Assembly: GCA_026625185.1 (NCBI GenBank)
Contig: CP113000.1
Coordinates: 2,562,651-2,594,650, forward strand
Source of the DNA: Thermodesulfobacteriota bacterium
GTDB taxonomy: Bacteria; Desulfobacterota; WTBG01; JAGOGO01
Direction of reading: 5' to 3'
DNA: 32,000 bases
The stretch's first letter is position 1. Every line of letters starts with the position of its first letter. Positions 1 through 8,020 of this stretch are shown one piece after another. A model generated the notes under the pieces. The model was not told where the DNA came from and searched no databases. It saw only the letters and a program-made list of their open reading frames with translations. Both the position numbers and the translations under genes were made by a program.

Positions 1-107
1 TCAATAGTGGGGAAAAATCGGGAAATGATGATTTTTTAAATTACCCGGATTACCTATAAGACTACCTACAAAATTAAAACAACTTAATAAATTAGAGGGT
101 TAGGTAA

Positions 108-180
108 TGGGCCGTCGGGGGATCGAACCCCAAGCCTACTGATTAAGAGTCAGTTGCTCTGCCGATTGAGCTAACGGCCC
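108..180 (-). tRNA. tRNA-Lys (anticodon CTT)
   Basis: The reverse complement folds by hand into a cloverleaf. Acceptor stem GGGCCGT/ACGGCCC, D-arm GCTC..GAGC, anticodon stem ACTGA/TCAGT with loop CTCTTAA, T-arm TGGGG-TTCGATC-CCCCG. The 3' CCA is not encoded. Confidence 0.9.
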
Positions 181-339
181 TTAACACCTTTAGAAAGTCC
201 CGCTGCTTGCCGCTTAGAAATTTTTCATTATTACCAATGAGTTCTCTTTAGTAAGCTGCTTCTAACAGGCAAACAGCGGATATAATTTCCTTTTGGTGCT
301 AATCACATTGGGAGGTCGGAGACCTTCTAACGTGGTTTA

Positions 340-416
<77 letters not shown>

Positions 417-420
417 CAAA

Positions 421-495
421 GGTGAGTGAAGGGATTCGAACCCTCGACCACTGAGGCCACAACCCAGTGCTCTAACCAGCTGAGCTACACCCACC
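421..495 (-). tRNA. tRNA-His (anticodon GTG)
   Basis: The reverse complement starts GGTGGGTGTAGCTCAGCTGGTTAGAGC, with the extra 5' G(-1) opposite C73 that is typical of bacterial tRNA-His. Anticodon stem CTGGG/CTCAG, loop TTGTGGC. T-arm GAGGG-TTCGAAT-CCCTT. Confidence 0.9.
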
Positions 496-509
496 ATAAA
501 TTTCATGAA

Positions 510-583
<74 letters not shown>

Positions 584-693
584 AGATATTGAAACATTTG
601 GAAAAAAATATCAATAAAAAAAACTGAAACTTTTATTTTCTTTTAGAATACAGAAGTCAAGCGATTTATTTTTAACTAGCTTATCTTTTTTAT

Positions 694-722
694 ATTTTTC
701 AATAGAACAAGCTTTTTGTCAA
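694..722 (-). promoter_or_regulatory. Candidate sigma-70 promoter for the tRNA cluster (TTGACA-N17-AAAAAT on the minus strand)
   Basis: The minus strand reads TTGACA (plus 717-722), a 17-nt spacer, then AAAAAT (plus 694-699), about 100 nt upstream of tRNA-Arg(TCT). The -35 is perfect and the -10 is weak. Confidence 0.3.
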
Positions 723-972
723 CAGGTCATTTCAAAAGAATGATTCACCTTAAAATTTTTTGTTGACATAACGAGCGATTATTAGTAAAGATTCAATTCT
801 GTTGGATAAAAAATTCCAAAAATGAAGGTGTTTAAAGTTACGAAAAACCTTTACAGTTTGTAAAAAGTATATATTTTATCGTTCTGAAACTCCGCTAACC
901 AACGTGTTCCTTTTTCCTAAAAATTCAGGAAATATCAATGATTTAGCTCTATCTTTTTCTATTTTTTTGGAT

Positions 973-988
973 TGGAATGGCTATTGCA
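973..988 (+). promoter_or_regulatory. Candidate sigma-54 (-24/-12) promoter upstream of the acyl-CoA dehydrogenase/etf operon
   Basis: TGGAATGGCTATTGCA compared with consensus TGGCACG-N4-TTGCW. GG (974-975) and GC (986-987) have the correct spacing and TTGCA is intact. It lies about 130 nt upstream of the ATG at 1117. A TTTACA-GTT-TGTAAA palindrome at 849-863 could be an upstream activator site. Confidence 0.4.
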
Positions 989-1116
989 CTCTTTCAAAAA
1001 ATAATTAAAGAGGAGCACCGGAGTAGAGAATTTTTAGAGCTGAGACCCCACACTAACGTGCAAAAATTTTAAGCCTCAGCTGGTCAAATTCACCACCAAA
1101 AGAAAGGAGTTTTACA

Positions 1117-2265
1117 ATGAAGTTCGACTTTACCGAAGAACAAAAATCAATGATGGAGGTTGGGCGGGATTTTGCGGAAAAAGATATCCTTCCCACTCAA
1201 GAAGAGGATGAAAAAGCACATCATTTTCGTAAAGAAACCTTTAAAAAGATGGCGGAATTGGGTTTTTTTGGGTGCGTTATTCCCGAAAAATATGGCGGCA
1301 ATGAGACCGGGCACCTGTGCGCTGCTTTGTTAACCGAAGAGATTGCTCGGGTGAGCGCTTCCTGGACGTTGCCTTTTAATATGCAGATGTGGGGACCCGC
1401 GTTTACTATTCTTAACTATGGCAATGAAGAACAGAAGGAAAAGTATATTCCCGCATTAGTGAACGGCGATGTGATTGGTGCGTTTGCCATTACGGAACCG
1501 AATTCCGGTTCGGATGTGGCTGGCATGGGAACCACGGCAACGGAAACTGATGACGGGTATATTTTGAACGGGCAGAAGATGTGGATTTCAAACGCCCAAA
1601 CAGCGGATATGTCGTTAGTATATGCATATACAGATAAGGCGAAAAAGCACAAAGGCATTTCCTGCTTTTTAGTTGATATGAAAAACAATCCGGGCATCAA
1701 AACTGCGGCGATTGAGACCAAACTCGGACTTTTTTGCGCCCCTACAGGAGAAATAGCTTTTGAAGACGCGAAAATTCCGAAATCAGCTCTCCTGGGACAA
1801 AAGGGCGATGGTTTTAAGATCTGCATGTGGCAACTCAATAACACCCGTTTGGGTTGCGCTGCTCGCGGGGTGGGAATCGCCCGCGGCTGTCACGAACATG
1901 CAATCAAGTATGCTTTGGAGAGAACTCAGTTTGGTCAACCTATTGCTGAATTTGAGATGATCCAGGATCAACTCGCCCTGATGTACGTGGAGTATGAGGC
2001 CGCGAGGCTTTTAGTGCTCAAAGCGGCTTATGAAAAAGATCAAGGAAACATAGGTAATACCCTGTCAGTTTCTACGGCTAAGTATTTTGCCGGCGAAGCC
2101 GCAGTCAATGCGTCAGGTTTAGCAATGAAGGTTTTTGGAAGTTATGGATACTCGAGTGAATACCCGGTAGAAAGATTCTTTAGGGATGCGAAGTCATTGC
2201 AGACCGTAGAGGGAACCTCGAATATTCAGAAAGTTATAATTGCCCGCGCTATCCTGAGTAAATGA
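1117..2265 (+). CDS. Acyl-CoA dehydrogenase (butyryl-/glutaryl-CoA dehydrogenase-like, FAD-dependent)
   Basis: 382-aa ORF with SD AAGGAG 8 nt upstream. ACAD motifs are present: GAFAITEPNSGSDVAGMGTTA, WISNA, RTQFGQPIAEFEMIQ, and C-terminal QTVEGTSNIQKVIIAR. Substrate specificity cannot be assigned by eye. Confidence 0.9.
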   Translation: MKFDFTEEQKSMMEVGRDFAEKDILPTQEEDEKAHHFRKETFKKMAELGFFGCVIPEKYGGNETGHLCAALLTEEIARVSASWTLPFNMQMWGPAFTILNYGNEEQKEKYIPALVNGDVIGAFAITEPNSGSDVAGMGTTATETDDGYILNGQKMWISNAQTADMSLVYAYTDKAKKHKGISCFLVDMKNNPGIKTAAIETKLGLFCAPTGEIAFEDAKIPKSALLGQKGDGFKICMWQLNNTRLGCAARGVGIARGCHEHAIKYALERTQFGQPIAEFEMIQDQLALMYVEYEAARLLVLKAAYEKDQGNIGNTLSVSTAKYFAGEAAVNASGLAMKVFGSYGYSSEYPVERFFRDAKSLQTVEGTSNIQKVIIARAILSK

Positions 2266-2296
2266 TAACTCATGTTTCCAAAAGGAGGTAATATAG

Positions 2297-3049
2297 ATGA
2301 ATATTGTTGTTTGTGTTAAACGGGTTCCCGATACCGAAACCAAGATAAAAATCGGTGGAGAAGGAACGAAGATTGACCCCGCTGGGGTGGAATTTATTAT
2401 CAGTCCGTTCGATGAGTTTGCGGTTGAGGAAGCGATTCGCATTAAAGAAAAACTCGGAAAGGGAGAAATTACTATCCTTTCTCTTGGTCCGGCGGATGCC
2501 CAGACCATCATGAGAAAAGCGTATGCCATGGGAGCGGACAAAGGCACTCATTTGAATGACGCTACCGAATGTCAAGACACCTTGGCAGAAGCTCAAGCAT
2601 TGGCGGCTGCATTAAAAGGGATGCAGTTTGATCTCCTCCTGTTCGGAAAGCAGGCCGTTGATTATGATAATGGGGCGGTGGGAGTACAGGTCGCCAGGCT
2701 TCTCAACATTCCGGTGGTTTCCCGCATCATAAAGTTAGATGTTGCTGATGGGAAGGCAACTGTGGAGCGCGAGAGCGATATGGGTAAAGAGGTCGTGGAG
2801 GTCAAATTACCGGCCGCGTTTACCGCTGAGAAAGGATTGAACGAACCCCGCTATCCCAAGCTAATGGATATCATGAAGGCCAAGAAGAAACCGCTGGAAG
2901 AAAAGCCGGCTCAATTGGAGGCTCCCAAGCTTACTATTGTGAAAATGGACTATCCACCGGCACGTCCACCTGGAAAGATTGTGGGCCAAGGTGAAGAATC
3001 GGTACCAGCACTGGTGAATTTGCTTAAAAACGAAGCTAAAGCTTTATAA
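2297..3049 (+). CDS. etfB: Electron transfer flavoprotein, beta subunit
   Basis: 250 aa with SD AAGGAGG. The N-terminus MNIVVCVKRVPDTETKIKI and the overall length are typical of EtfB. It sits directly upstream of etfA. Confidence 0.9.
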   Translation: MNIVVCVKRVPDTETKIKIGGEGTKIDPAGVEFIISPFDEFAVEEAIRIKEKLGKGEITILSLGPADAQTIMRKAYAMGADKGTHLNDATECQDTLAEAQALAAALKGMQFDLLLFGKQAVDYDNGAVGVQVARLLNIPVVSRIIKLDVADGKATVERESDMGKEVVEVKLPAAFTAEKGLNEPRYPKLMDIMKAKKKPLEEKPAQLEAPKLTIVKMDYPPARPPGKIVGQGEESVPALVNLLKNEAKAL

Positions 3050-3097
3050 TTGATTGCAAATTACGAAGAGTAATTAGTTCACACTTTGGAGGTAAAA

Positions 3098-4081
3098 ATG
3101 GGAAATAATGTGTTAATCTTCGCTGAACAAATGGGAGGGAAGTTTCGATCAGTCGCATACGAGGCGATTTGTCAGGGAAAGAAAATGGCTCAAGGTCTCG
3201 GTGGAAAAGCGATCGCTGTGGCGATTGGAGGAGGAGTAGAAGCCGTGGCCAAGGATTTAGGTCAATACGGAGCGGATAAGGTAATTGTGGTGGATAACGC
3301 GAAACTTAAAGACTTCACGGTGGATGCTTACGGAAAGGCTTTTTCCGAGGTCGTAAGCAAAAATGATCCGGCAGTTGTGTTGTTAGCCGCTACGTTCCAG
3401 GGCAAAGATTTGGGAGGTTATGCATCTGCTGCTCTCGGAGCTCCGCTTTCATCTGACTGTACGGAGTGGGCTTCCCAAGATGGTGGTATTCAAGTAAAAA
3501 GACCAATTTATGCCGGCAAGGCATACGTCACCGTAAAATTTAATAGTCAACCCGCGGTTATTTCTCTGCGTCCCAAGGTATTTTTACCGGATGCACCGGA
3601 TGCTTCAAAGAGCGCAGAGGTAGAAAAGATTGATCTTGCCCTTTCTGATGATGATTTCCGCAGTGTGGTTAAAGAAATTATTACTAAAACCGCCGGTAAA
3701 ATTGATGTTACCGAGGCGGATATTATCGTTTCCGGCGGAAGAGGTCTGAAGGGTCCGGAAGGATTTGTTGTTCTTGAAGAACTGGCGGGATTGCTGGGAG
3801 CGGCTGTAGGAGCTTCCCGAACGGTTGTTGATGAGGGTTGGCGGTCCCATAGCGATCAGATCGGCCAGACCGGAAAAGTAGTTTCCCCAAAACTTTATAT
3901 CGCCTGCGGAATTTCCGGGGCTATTCAGCATTTGGCGGGCATGAGAACGTCAAAGTGCATTGTGGCGATTAATAAAGACCCCGAGGCTCCAATCTTCAGT
4001 ACCGCTGATTACGGTATTGTGGGAGACCTTTTTAAGGTGGTGCCCGCTTTAACGGCTGAAATAAAGAAGACAATTGGTTGA
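3098..4081 (+). CDS. etfA: Electron transfer flavoprotein, alpha subunit
   Basis: The C-terminal FAD-binding region matches EtfA: IVSGGRGL...VGASRTVVDEGW...QIGQTGKVVSPKLYIACGISGAIQHLAGM. I moved the start from the track's TTG at 3086 to the ATG at 3098, because GGAGG at 3088-3092 is then at SD distance. Confidence 0.9.
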   Translation: MGNNVLIFAEQMGGKFRSVAYEAICQGKKMAQGLGGKAIAVAIGGGVEAVAKDLGQYGADKVIVVDNAKLKDFTVDAYGKAFSEVVSKNDPAVVLLAATFQGKDLGGYASAALGAPLSSDCTEWASQDGGIQVKRPIYAGKAYVTVKFNSQPAVISLRPKVFLPDAPDASKSAEVEKIDLALSDDDFRSVVKEIITKTAGKIDVTEADIIVSGGRGLKGPEGFVVLEELAGLLGAAVGASRTVVDEGWRSHSDQIGQTGKVVSPKLYIACGISGAIQHLAGMRTSKCIVAINKDPEAPIFSTADYGIVGDLFKVVPALTAEIKKTIG

Positions 4082-4107
4082 TTAAAAACTCAAAAGGGGA
4101 ATGATTT

Positions 4108-6099
4108 ATGTTACCAATCGAAGGTAAGATTTTTCTATTACTTCTTATAGGTATTACGGTTTATTTTTTCACCAAGCGAGCACAATACCTTATTAGTTTG
4201 CTTAAACTGGGAAAAGCTGAAGACCGATCGGATAATTCGGGCGAGCGATTGCGTTTTACTCTGGGGCAGGTTCTCACGCAGGCCTGCGCGCTTAAAAACG
4301 TCACCGGCAAAGATTTAGCCGGGATCGGGCATATGCTTCTGTTTTATGGGTTTTCCTTTTTTGTGGTGAGTTATGGGTTCCATATAGCAGAAGGTTTCTA
4401 TGAAAAATTGAACCCTTCCCTTTTTGGGGAAGCATTTAATAATGGTTTCTTTTTTTTGCTTGACCTGGCCGGACTGGTGGTCATTGTTTCAGTCATTTGG
4501 GCGGCAATACGTCGGTATGTTGTAAGACCCGAACGACTGGTACCATCGCTTGAAGCGGGCATTATCCTGATCGTTGTTTTTTGTTTGATGATCCTCAGTT
4601 TTATGACGGAAGGATTCCGCTTTCTGGCTGAGCCGGAACCTTTCACGTCCGGTGCATTTGTCGGTAAGTTTTTTGCCGGGATGCTGTCGGGCATGGGGCT
4701 GCAGGCGCATGTCCATACCCTTTTTATGGGCACCTGGTTTTTGCATATGATGATAGTTTTTGGGTTCGGCATCTATATCCTTTACTCCAAGCACCTTCAT
4801 GTACTGGCCTCTCATCCAAACCTTTATTTTCATTCCACCCGGCCAAAAGGAACGCTCCAGCCGATTAAAGATTTTGAGTCAGCAGAGAGCTTCGGGGTTT
4901 CCAAGGTCACGGATTTTTCCTGGAAGCAGCTCCTTGACCTTTACGCGTGCACGGAATGCGGTATGTGCAGCGCAAACTGCCCGGCAAACAACAGCGGCAA
5001 ACCGCTTAAGCCCAAAGATGTTATCATTAATCTCAAGCATAACCTCTTTGAAAATGGGAATAATCTGCTCACGAAAAAAGAAGGGGAGGAGGAGCCCCTG
5101 ATCGTGGGTTCCGTGGTTACCCATGATGAAATCTGGGACTGCACTAATTGTATGGCCTGCATGGAGGTTTGTCCGGTAGCGATTGAGCACGTTGATAAGC
5201 TTGATGACATGCGGCGTTATCTGGTGTTGATGGAAAGCAACTTTCCCGCAGAAGTGCAGACAGTTTTCCGCAACATGGAAAACAACAGTAATCCCTGGGG
5301 AATGGGAATGGCTACCCGAGCTGATTGGGCCAAAGATTTAGGGGTAAAAATTCTCTCGGAAGCACCGGGGGAGTTTGATATTCTCTTTTATGTGGGGTGT
5401 GCGGGATCTTTTGATGACCGCTATAAAAAGGTTTCCCGAGCAATGGTTAAGATTATGCAGGCTGCGGGAATTAACTTTGCTATTTTGGGTACTGATGAGA
5501 AATGTTGCGGTGATTCAGCGCGGAGGATTGGAAATGAATACCTTTTCCAGACCATGGCACAGGAGAACATCGAGATCTTCAAGAACTATAATGTTAAAAA
5601 AGTGTTAGCTACCTGTCCTCACGGCTTTAACGTTTTGAAAAAAGAATACCCGCAGTTCGGAGCTGAGTTTGAGGTTATTCACCATACGGAGTTAATTTTA
5701 GATCTGATTAAAAACGGGCGAATAAAGTTAAAGGGTGAGCTTGCGAAAACGATAACCCTTCATGACTCCTGCTTCTTGGGGCGTTATAATGATATTTATC
5801 AACCCCCTCGACAGATACTAAACTCGATTCCTCAGGCTAAACTTGTGGAAATGGATCGCATACAAAAAACCAGCTTCTGTTGCGGAGCCGGGGGTGGAAG
5901 AATGTGGATGGAAGAATTAAGAGGTAAAAAAATTAATGAAGTTCGCACGGAAGAAGCGCTTACGAAAAATCCTGATTTGATTGCAACAGCATGCCCATTT
6001 TGCCTCACAATGTTTGAAGATGGGTTGAAAGCTAAAAATGCCGATGAAAAGGTCAAAGTTTTAGATATTGCTGAATTTGTGGCTAATCATTTATTATAA
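4108..6099 (+). CDS. Membrane-bound Fe-S oxidoreductase: N-terminal NarI/DsrM-like multi-TM domain fused to an HdrD/GlpC-like 2x[4Fe-4S] plus 2xCCG domain. Probable ETF:(mena)quinone oxidoreductase.
   Basis: 663 aa. It has about 5-6 hydrophobic helices with conserved His residues (GIGHMLLFYG, HVHTLF, FLHMM, HLHVLASH). Two ferredoxin motifs are present, CTECGMCSANCP and CTNCMACMEVCP. Two CCG-type cysteine clusters are present, EKCCGDS/DSCF and SFCCGAGGG/CPFC. It is co-oriented with and adjacent to acd-etfBA. Confidence 0.8.
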   Translation: MLPIEGKIFLLLLIGITVYFFTKRAQYLISLLKLGKAEDRSDNSGERLRFTLGQVLTQACALKNVTGKDLAGIGHMLLFYGFSFFVVSYGFHIAEGFYEKLNPSLFGEAFNNGFFFLLDLAGLVVIVSVIWAAIRRYVVRPERLVPSLEAGIILIVVFCLMILSFMTEGFRFLAEPEPFTSGAFVGKFFAGMLSGMGLQAHVHTLFMGTWFLHMMIVFGFGIYILYSKHLHVLASHPNLYFHSTRPKGTLQPIKDFESAESFGVSKVTDFSWKQLLDLYACTECGMCSANCPANNSGKPLKPKDVIINLKHNLFENGNNLLTKKEGEEEPLIVGSVVTHDEIWDCTNCMACMEVCPVAIEHVDKLDDMRRYLVLMESNFPAEVQTVFRNMENNSNPWGMGMATRADWAKDLGVKILSEAPGEFDILFYVGCAGSFDDRYKKVSRAMVKIMQAAGINFAILGTDEKCCGDSARRIGNEYLFQTMAQENIEIFKNYNVKKVLATCPHGFNVLKKEYPQFGAEFEVIHHTELILDLIKNGRIKLKGELAKTITLHDSCFLGRYNDIYQPPRQILNSIPQAKLVEMDRIQKTSFCCGAGGGRMWMEELRGKKINEVRTEEALTKNPDLIATACPFCLTMFEDGLKAKNADEKVKVLDIAEFVANHLL

Positions 6100-6130
6100 A
6101 ACTATTTTTTTTAAAAAAGAGGAAGATAAC

Positions 6131-6346
6131 GTGAGTTCAGAAGTCAAAGCTCCAATGGTAGGTAAAATTCTTGCAGTGCGATGTGAGGTGGGGCAAAGCC
6201 TCAATGAAGACGATGAGATGTTTATTCTGGAAGCTATGAAGATGGAAATGCCGATCGGTTCTCCCTCCGCCGGGAAAGTAAAGGAAATTAAAGTCGCGGC
6301 TGGCCAATCAGTAGAAAGCGACCAAGTTCTGGCGGTTTTAGAATAA
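6131..6346 (+). CDS. Free-standing biotinyl (biotin carboxyl carrier-type) domain protein
   Basis: A GTG start at 6131 is preceded by AAGAGGAAG. The 71-aa product carries the canonical biotinylation context APMVGKI...ILEAMKMEMPIGSP..GKV..I.V..GQSV. The upstream part of the track ORF (from 6068) overlaps the previous gene and is low-complexity. Confidence 0.8.
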   Translation: MSSEVKAPMVGKILAVRCEVGQSLNEDDEMFILEAMKMEMPIGSPSAGKVKEIKVAAGQSVESDQVLAVLE

Positions 6347-6376
6347 ATTTAATTTTCAGATAATTTTTATACGAAT

Positions 6377-6418
6377 AAAAGATGCTGTTTTTTTAAGAAT
6401 CAGCATCTTTTGTTTTTT
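6377..6418. terminator. Bidirectional intrinsic terminator between convergent genes
   Basis: Perfect 11-bp stem AAAAGATGCTG (6377-6387) / CAGCATCTTTT (6401-6411) with a 13-nt loop, followed by GTTTTTT on the plus strand. The stop codon and last codons of the minus-strand symporter lie in the loop and 3' arm. Confidence 0.7.
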
Positions 6419-7973
6419 GAAGGCTGGATCGGAACAGTATACCCACCAAAAAAGTTACGATACTGCCAAACATTATATACCAGGTAAATGCGATTTTTGG
6501 GAAGGGGATTAAAGGAAAATCAAAAAAACCGAGAATGGTATTGAGGGATCCGCTGAGCACCAAAACGGTTAGGAATCCGCAGATCATTGCAATAATATTA
6601 CCGGTATTATTTCCTCGATTGCGGGTGAGCATGCCGATGAAAAACACTCCTAAGAGAGGGCCATAGGTATACCCGATGATGCCTAAGGCCATGGGGATAA
6701 TTGTTGTTTTAGGATTATGGAGAACCTTGTAGGAGGCAATAATCGCCACCATGACCAGAAGGATTGAAAATATCCCTGTGAAGATGCGGGCTGCCAGAAC
6801 ATAGTGTGATTCACTTGCGTCCTTTTTGACAAAAGGAATGTAAAAATCTTTTACCGCGCTGGTAGCCAAAGCGTTGAGCGCCGCGCTTAATGACCCCATT
6901 GCTGATGAAAATACCCCGGCAATAATAAGGCCGCGGATTCCTTTGGGCATGTAATTGATAATGAAATAGGCGAAAATCTCATTCGGTGCGGCAGGAAGTT
7001 GCGGGTCAGGAGCAACCCGGAAAAAAGCAAAAAGAAAGATGCCAATTAAAACAAAAGTAAGGGCGATGGGAATGTCGGCGATCCCAGAAAGAATAAGCGA
7101 AATACGGCTTCGCTTATAGTTAGTAGCGGTAAGCATTCGCTGGACCATGTCCTGATCCGTCCCGTGGGTGGCGAGGGTGAGAAAGGTGGCGCCCAACAAA
7201 GCCGCCCAGATCGTATACTCCTGGTTAAAAACCCCAAGCAAAGCAGTGAATAAATCACCGGAACCATTCATGCCGCTATCAAAAACTTTAAAGCCGGCAA
7301 AACCGCCTGTTCCCAGTTTAATTCCCTCCCAGCCACCGGGGATAAGGGTTATGATGGTCAGGAGAGAAACAACGGCTCCGCCGAACATGATCACCGCTTG
7401 AATGAGGTCAGTCCAGATAACCGCCTTTATCCCTCCAATCATCGTATAAACCGCGGTTATCACGGTCATGATAAGAATGGAAATGACATACTGGCTAAAG
7501 GTTGGTGAAGCGCCGGTAAGAAATTTCCAGGCAATCACCAGGATTACCGAAGCGATATAGACCCGCACACCGCTTGCCAGAACACGGGTTAAGAGAAAAA
7601 TAAAGCCTCCGATCGTGCGGGTGGTCTTACCGAAACGGATTTCTAAAAATTCATAAACTGTATAAACGTTATAATGGTAGTAAGGTTTAATAAAAAGCCA
7701 GGCGATCAGAATACGAGCTAAAATGGTTCCGAGAGTGAGTTGAACATAGAGGATGTTCTGGGTTCGATATCCTTCAGCGGGCGCTCCTAAGAACGTGGCG
7801 GCGCTGGTTTCAGCGGCGATGATCGAAGCCAAGACCGCCCACCAGGGAATCCGGCGGCCACCGAGTGCAAAATCATTGAGGTTCAATTCTCTGCGGCCGG
7901 CCCAGATGCCGATGAACGTAATGCTAACAAGGTAGGTTGCAATTATTATAAGATCCATATAAGAGCTTTTCAT
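6393..7973 (-). CDS. Sodium:solute symporter family (SSF) transporter
   Basis: 526 aa with about 13 predicted hydrophobic helices. The N-terminal signature is typical of SSF: FALGGRRIPWWAVLASIIAAETSAATFLGAPAEGY. Substrate is not assignable. It lies downstream of and co-oriented with the MpgP-like phosphatase. Confidence 0.85.
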   Translation of the reverse strand: MKSSYMDLIIIATYLVSITFIGIWAGRRELNLNDFALGGRRIPWWAVLASIIAAETSAATFLGAPAEGYRTQNILYVQLTLGTILARILIAWLFIKPYYHYNVYTVYEFLEIRFGKTTRTIGGFIFLLTRVLASGVRVYIASVILVIAWKFLTGASPTFSQYVISILIMTVITAVYTMIGGIKAVIWTDLIQAVIMFGGAVVSLLTIITLIPGGWEGIKLGTGGFAGFKVFDSGMNGSGDLFTALLGVFNQEYTIWAALLGATFLTLATHGTDQDMVQRMLTATNYKRSRISLILSGIADIPIALTFVLIGIFLFAFFRVAPDPQLPAAPNEIFAYFIINYMPKGIRGLIIAGVFSSAMGSLSAALNALATSAVKDFYIPFVKKDASESHYVLAARIFTGIFSILLVMVAIIASYKVLHNPKTTIIPMALGIIGYTYGPLLGVFFIGMLTRNRGNNTGNIIAMICGFLTVLVLSGSLNTILGFFDFPLIPFPKIAFTWYIMFGSIVTFLVGILFRSSLQKTKDADS

Positions 7974-8020
7974 GTCTTACCGAAGCGATAAAAATCTGTA
8001 AGTTGATACCGGATTATATT

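Noticed and set aside
763-791. TTGACA-N17-TAAAGA as a sigma-70 promoter for the acd operon
   Set aside because: The -35 is perfect, but the -10 lacks the invariant final T and matches only 3 of 6 positions. It is 330 bp from the start codon, and the sigma-54 motif at 973-988 is a better candidate.
1416-1844. Antisense or alternative-frame ORFs nested in strong CDSs. Examples: 1416-1844, 2194-2596, 3605-3931, 4398-5210, 7046-7401, 18299-18829, 20680-20940, 21402-21698, 23805-24341, 26431-26962, 31184-31740.
   Set aside because: Each lies wholly inside a longer ORF that has clear family motifs. Their translations are low-complexity (Ser-, Pro- or Arg-rich), and they lack an SD.
3086-3097. Upstream starts offered by the track: TTG 3086 for etfA, TTG 6068 for the biotinyl protein, TTG 16975 for the GT2, TTG 22261 for the GT4, and 16038 for the TPR-like protein.
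   Set aside because: In each case a downstream ATG or GTG is better supported. It either has a properly spaced SD, or it avoids overlap with the preceding gene, or it matches the conserved family N-terminus.
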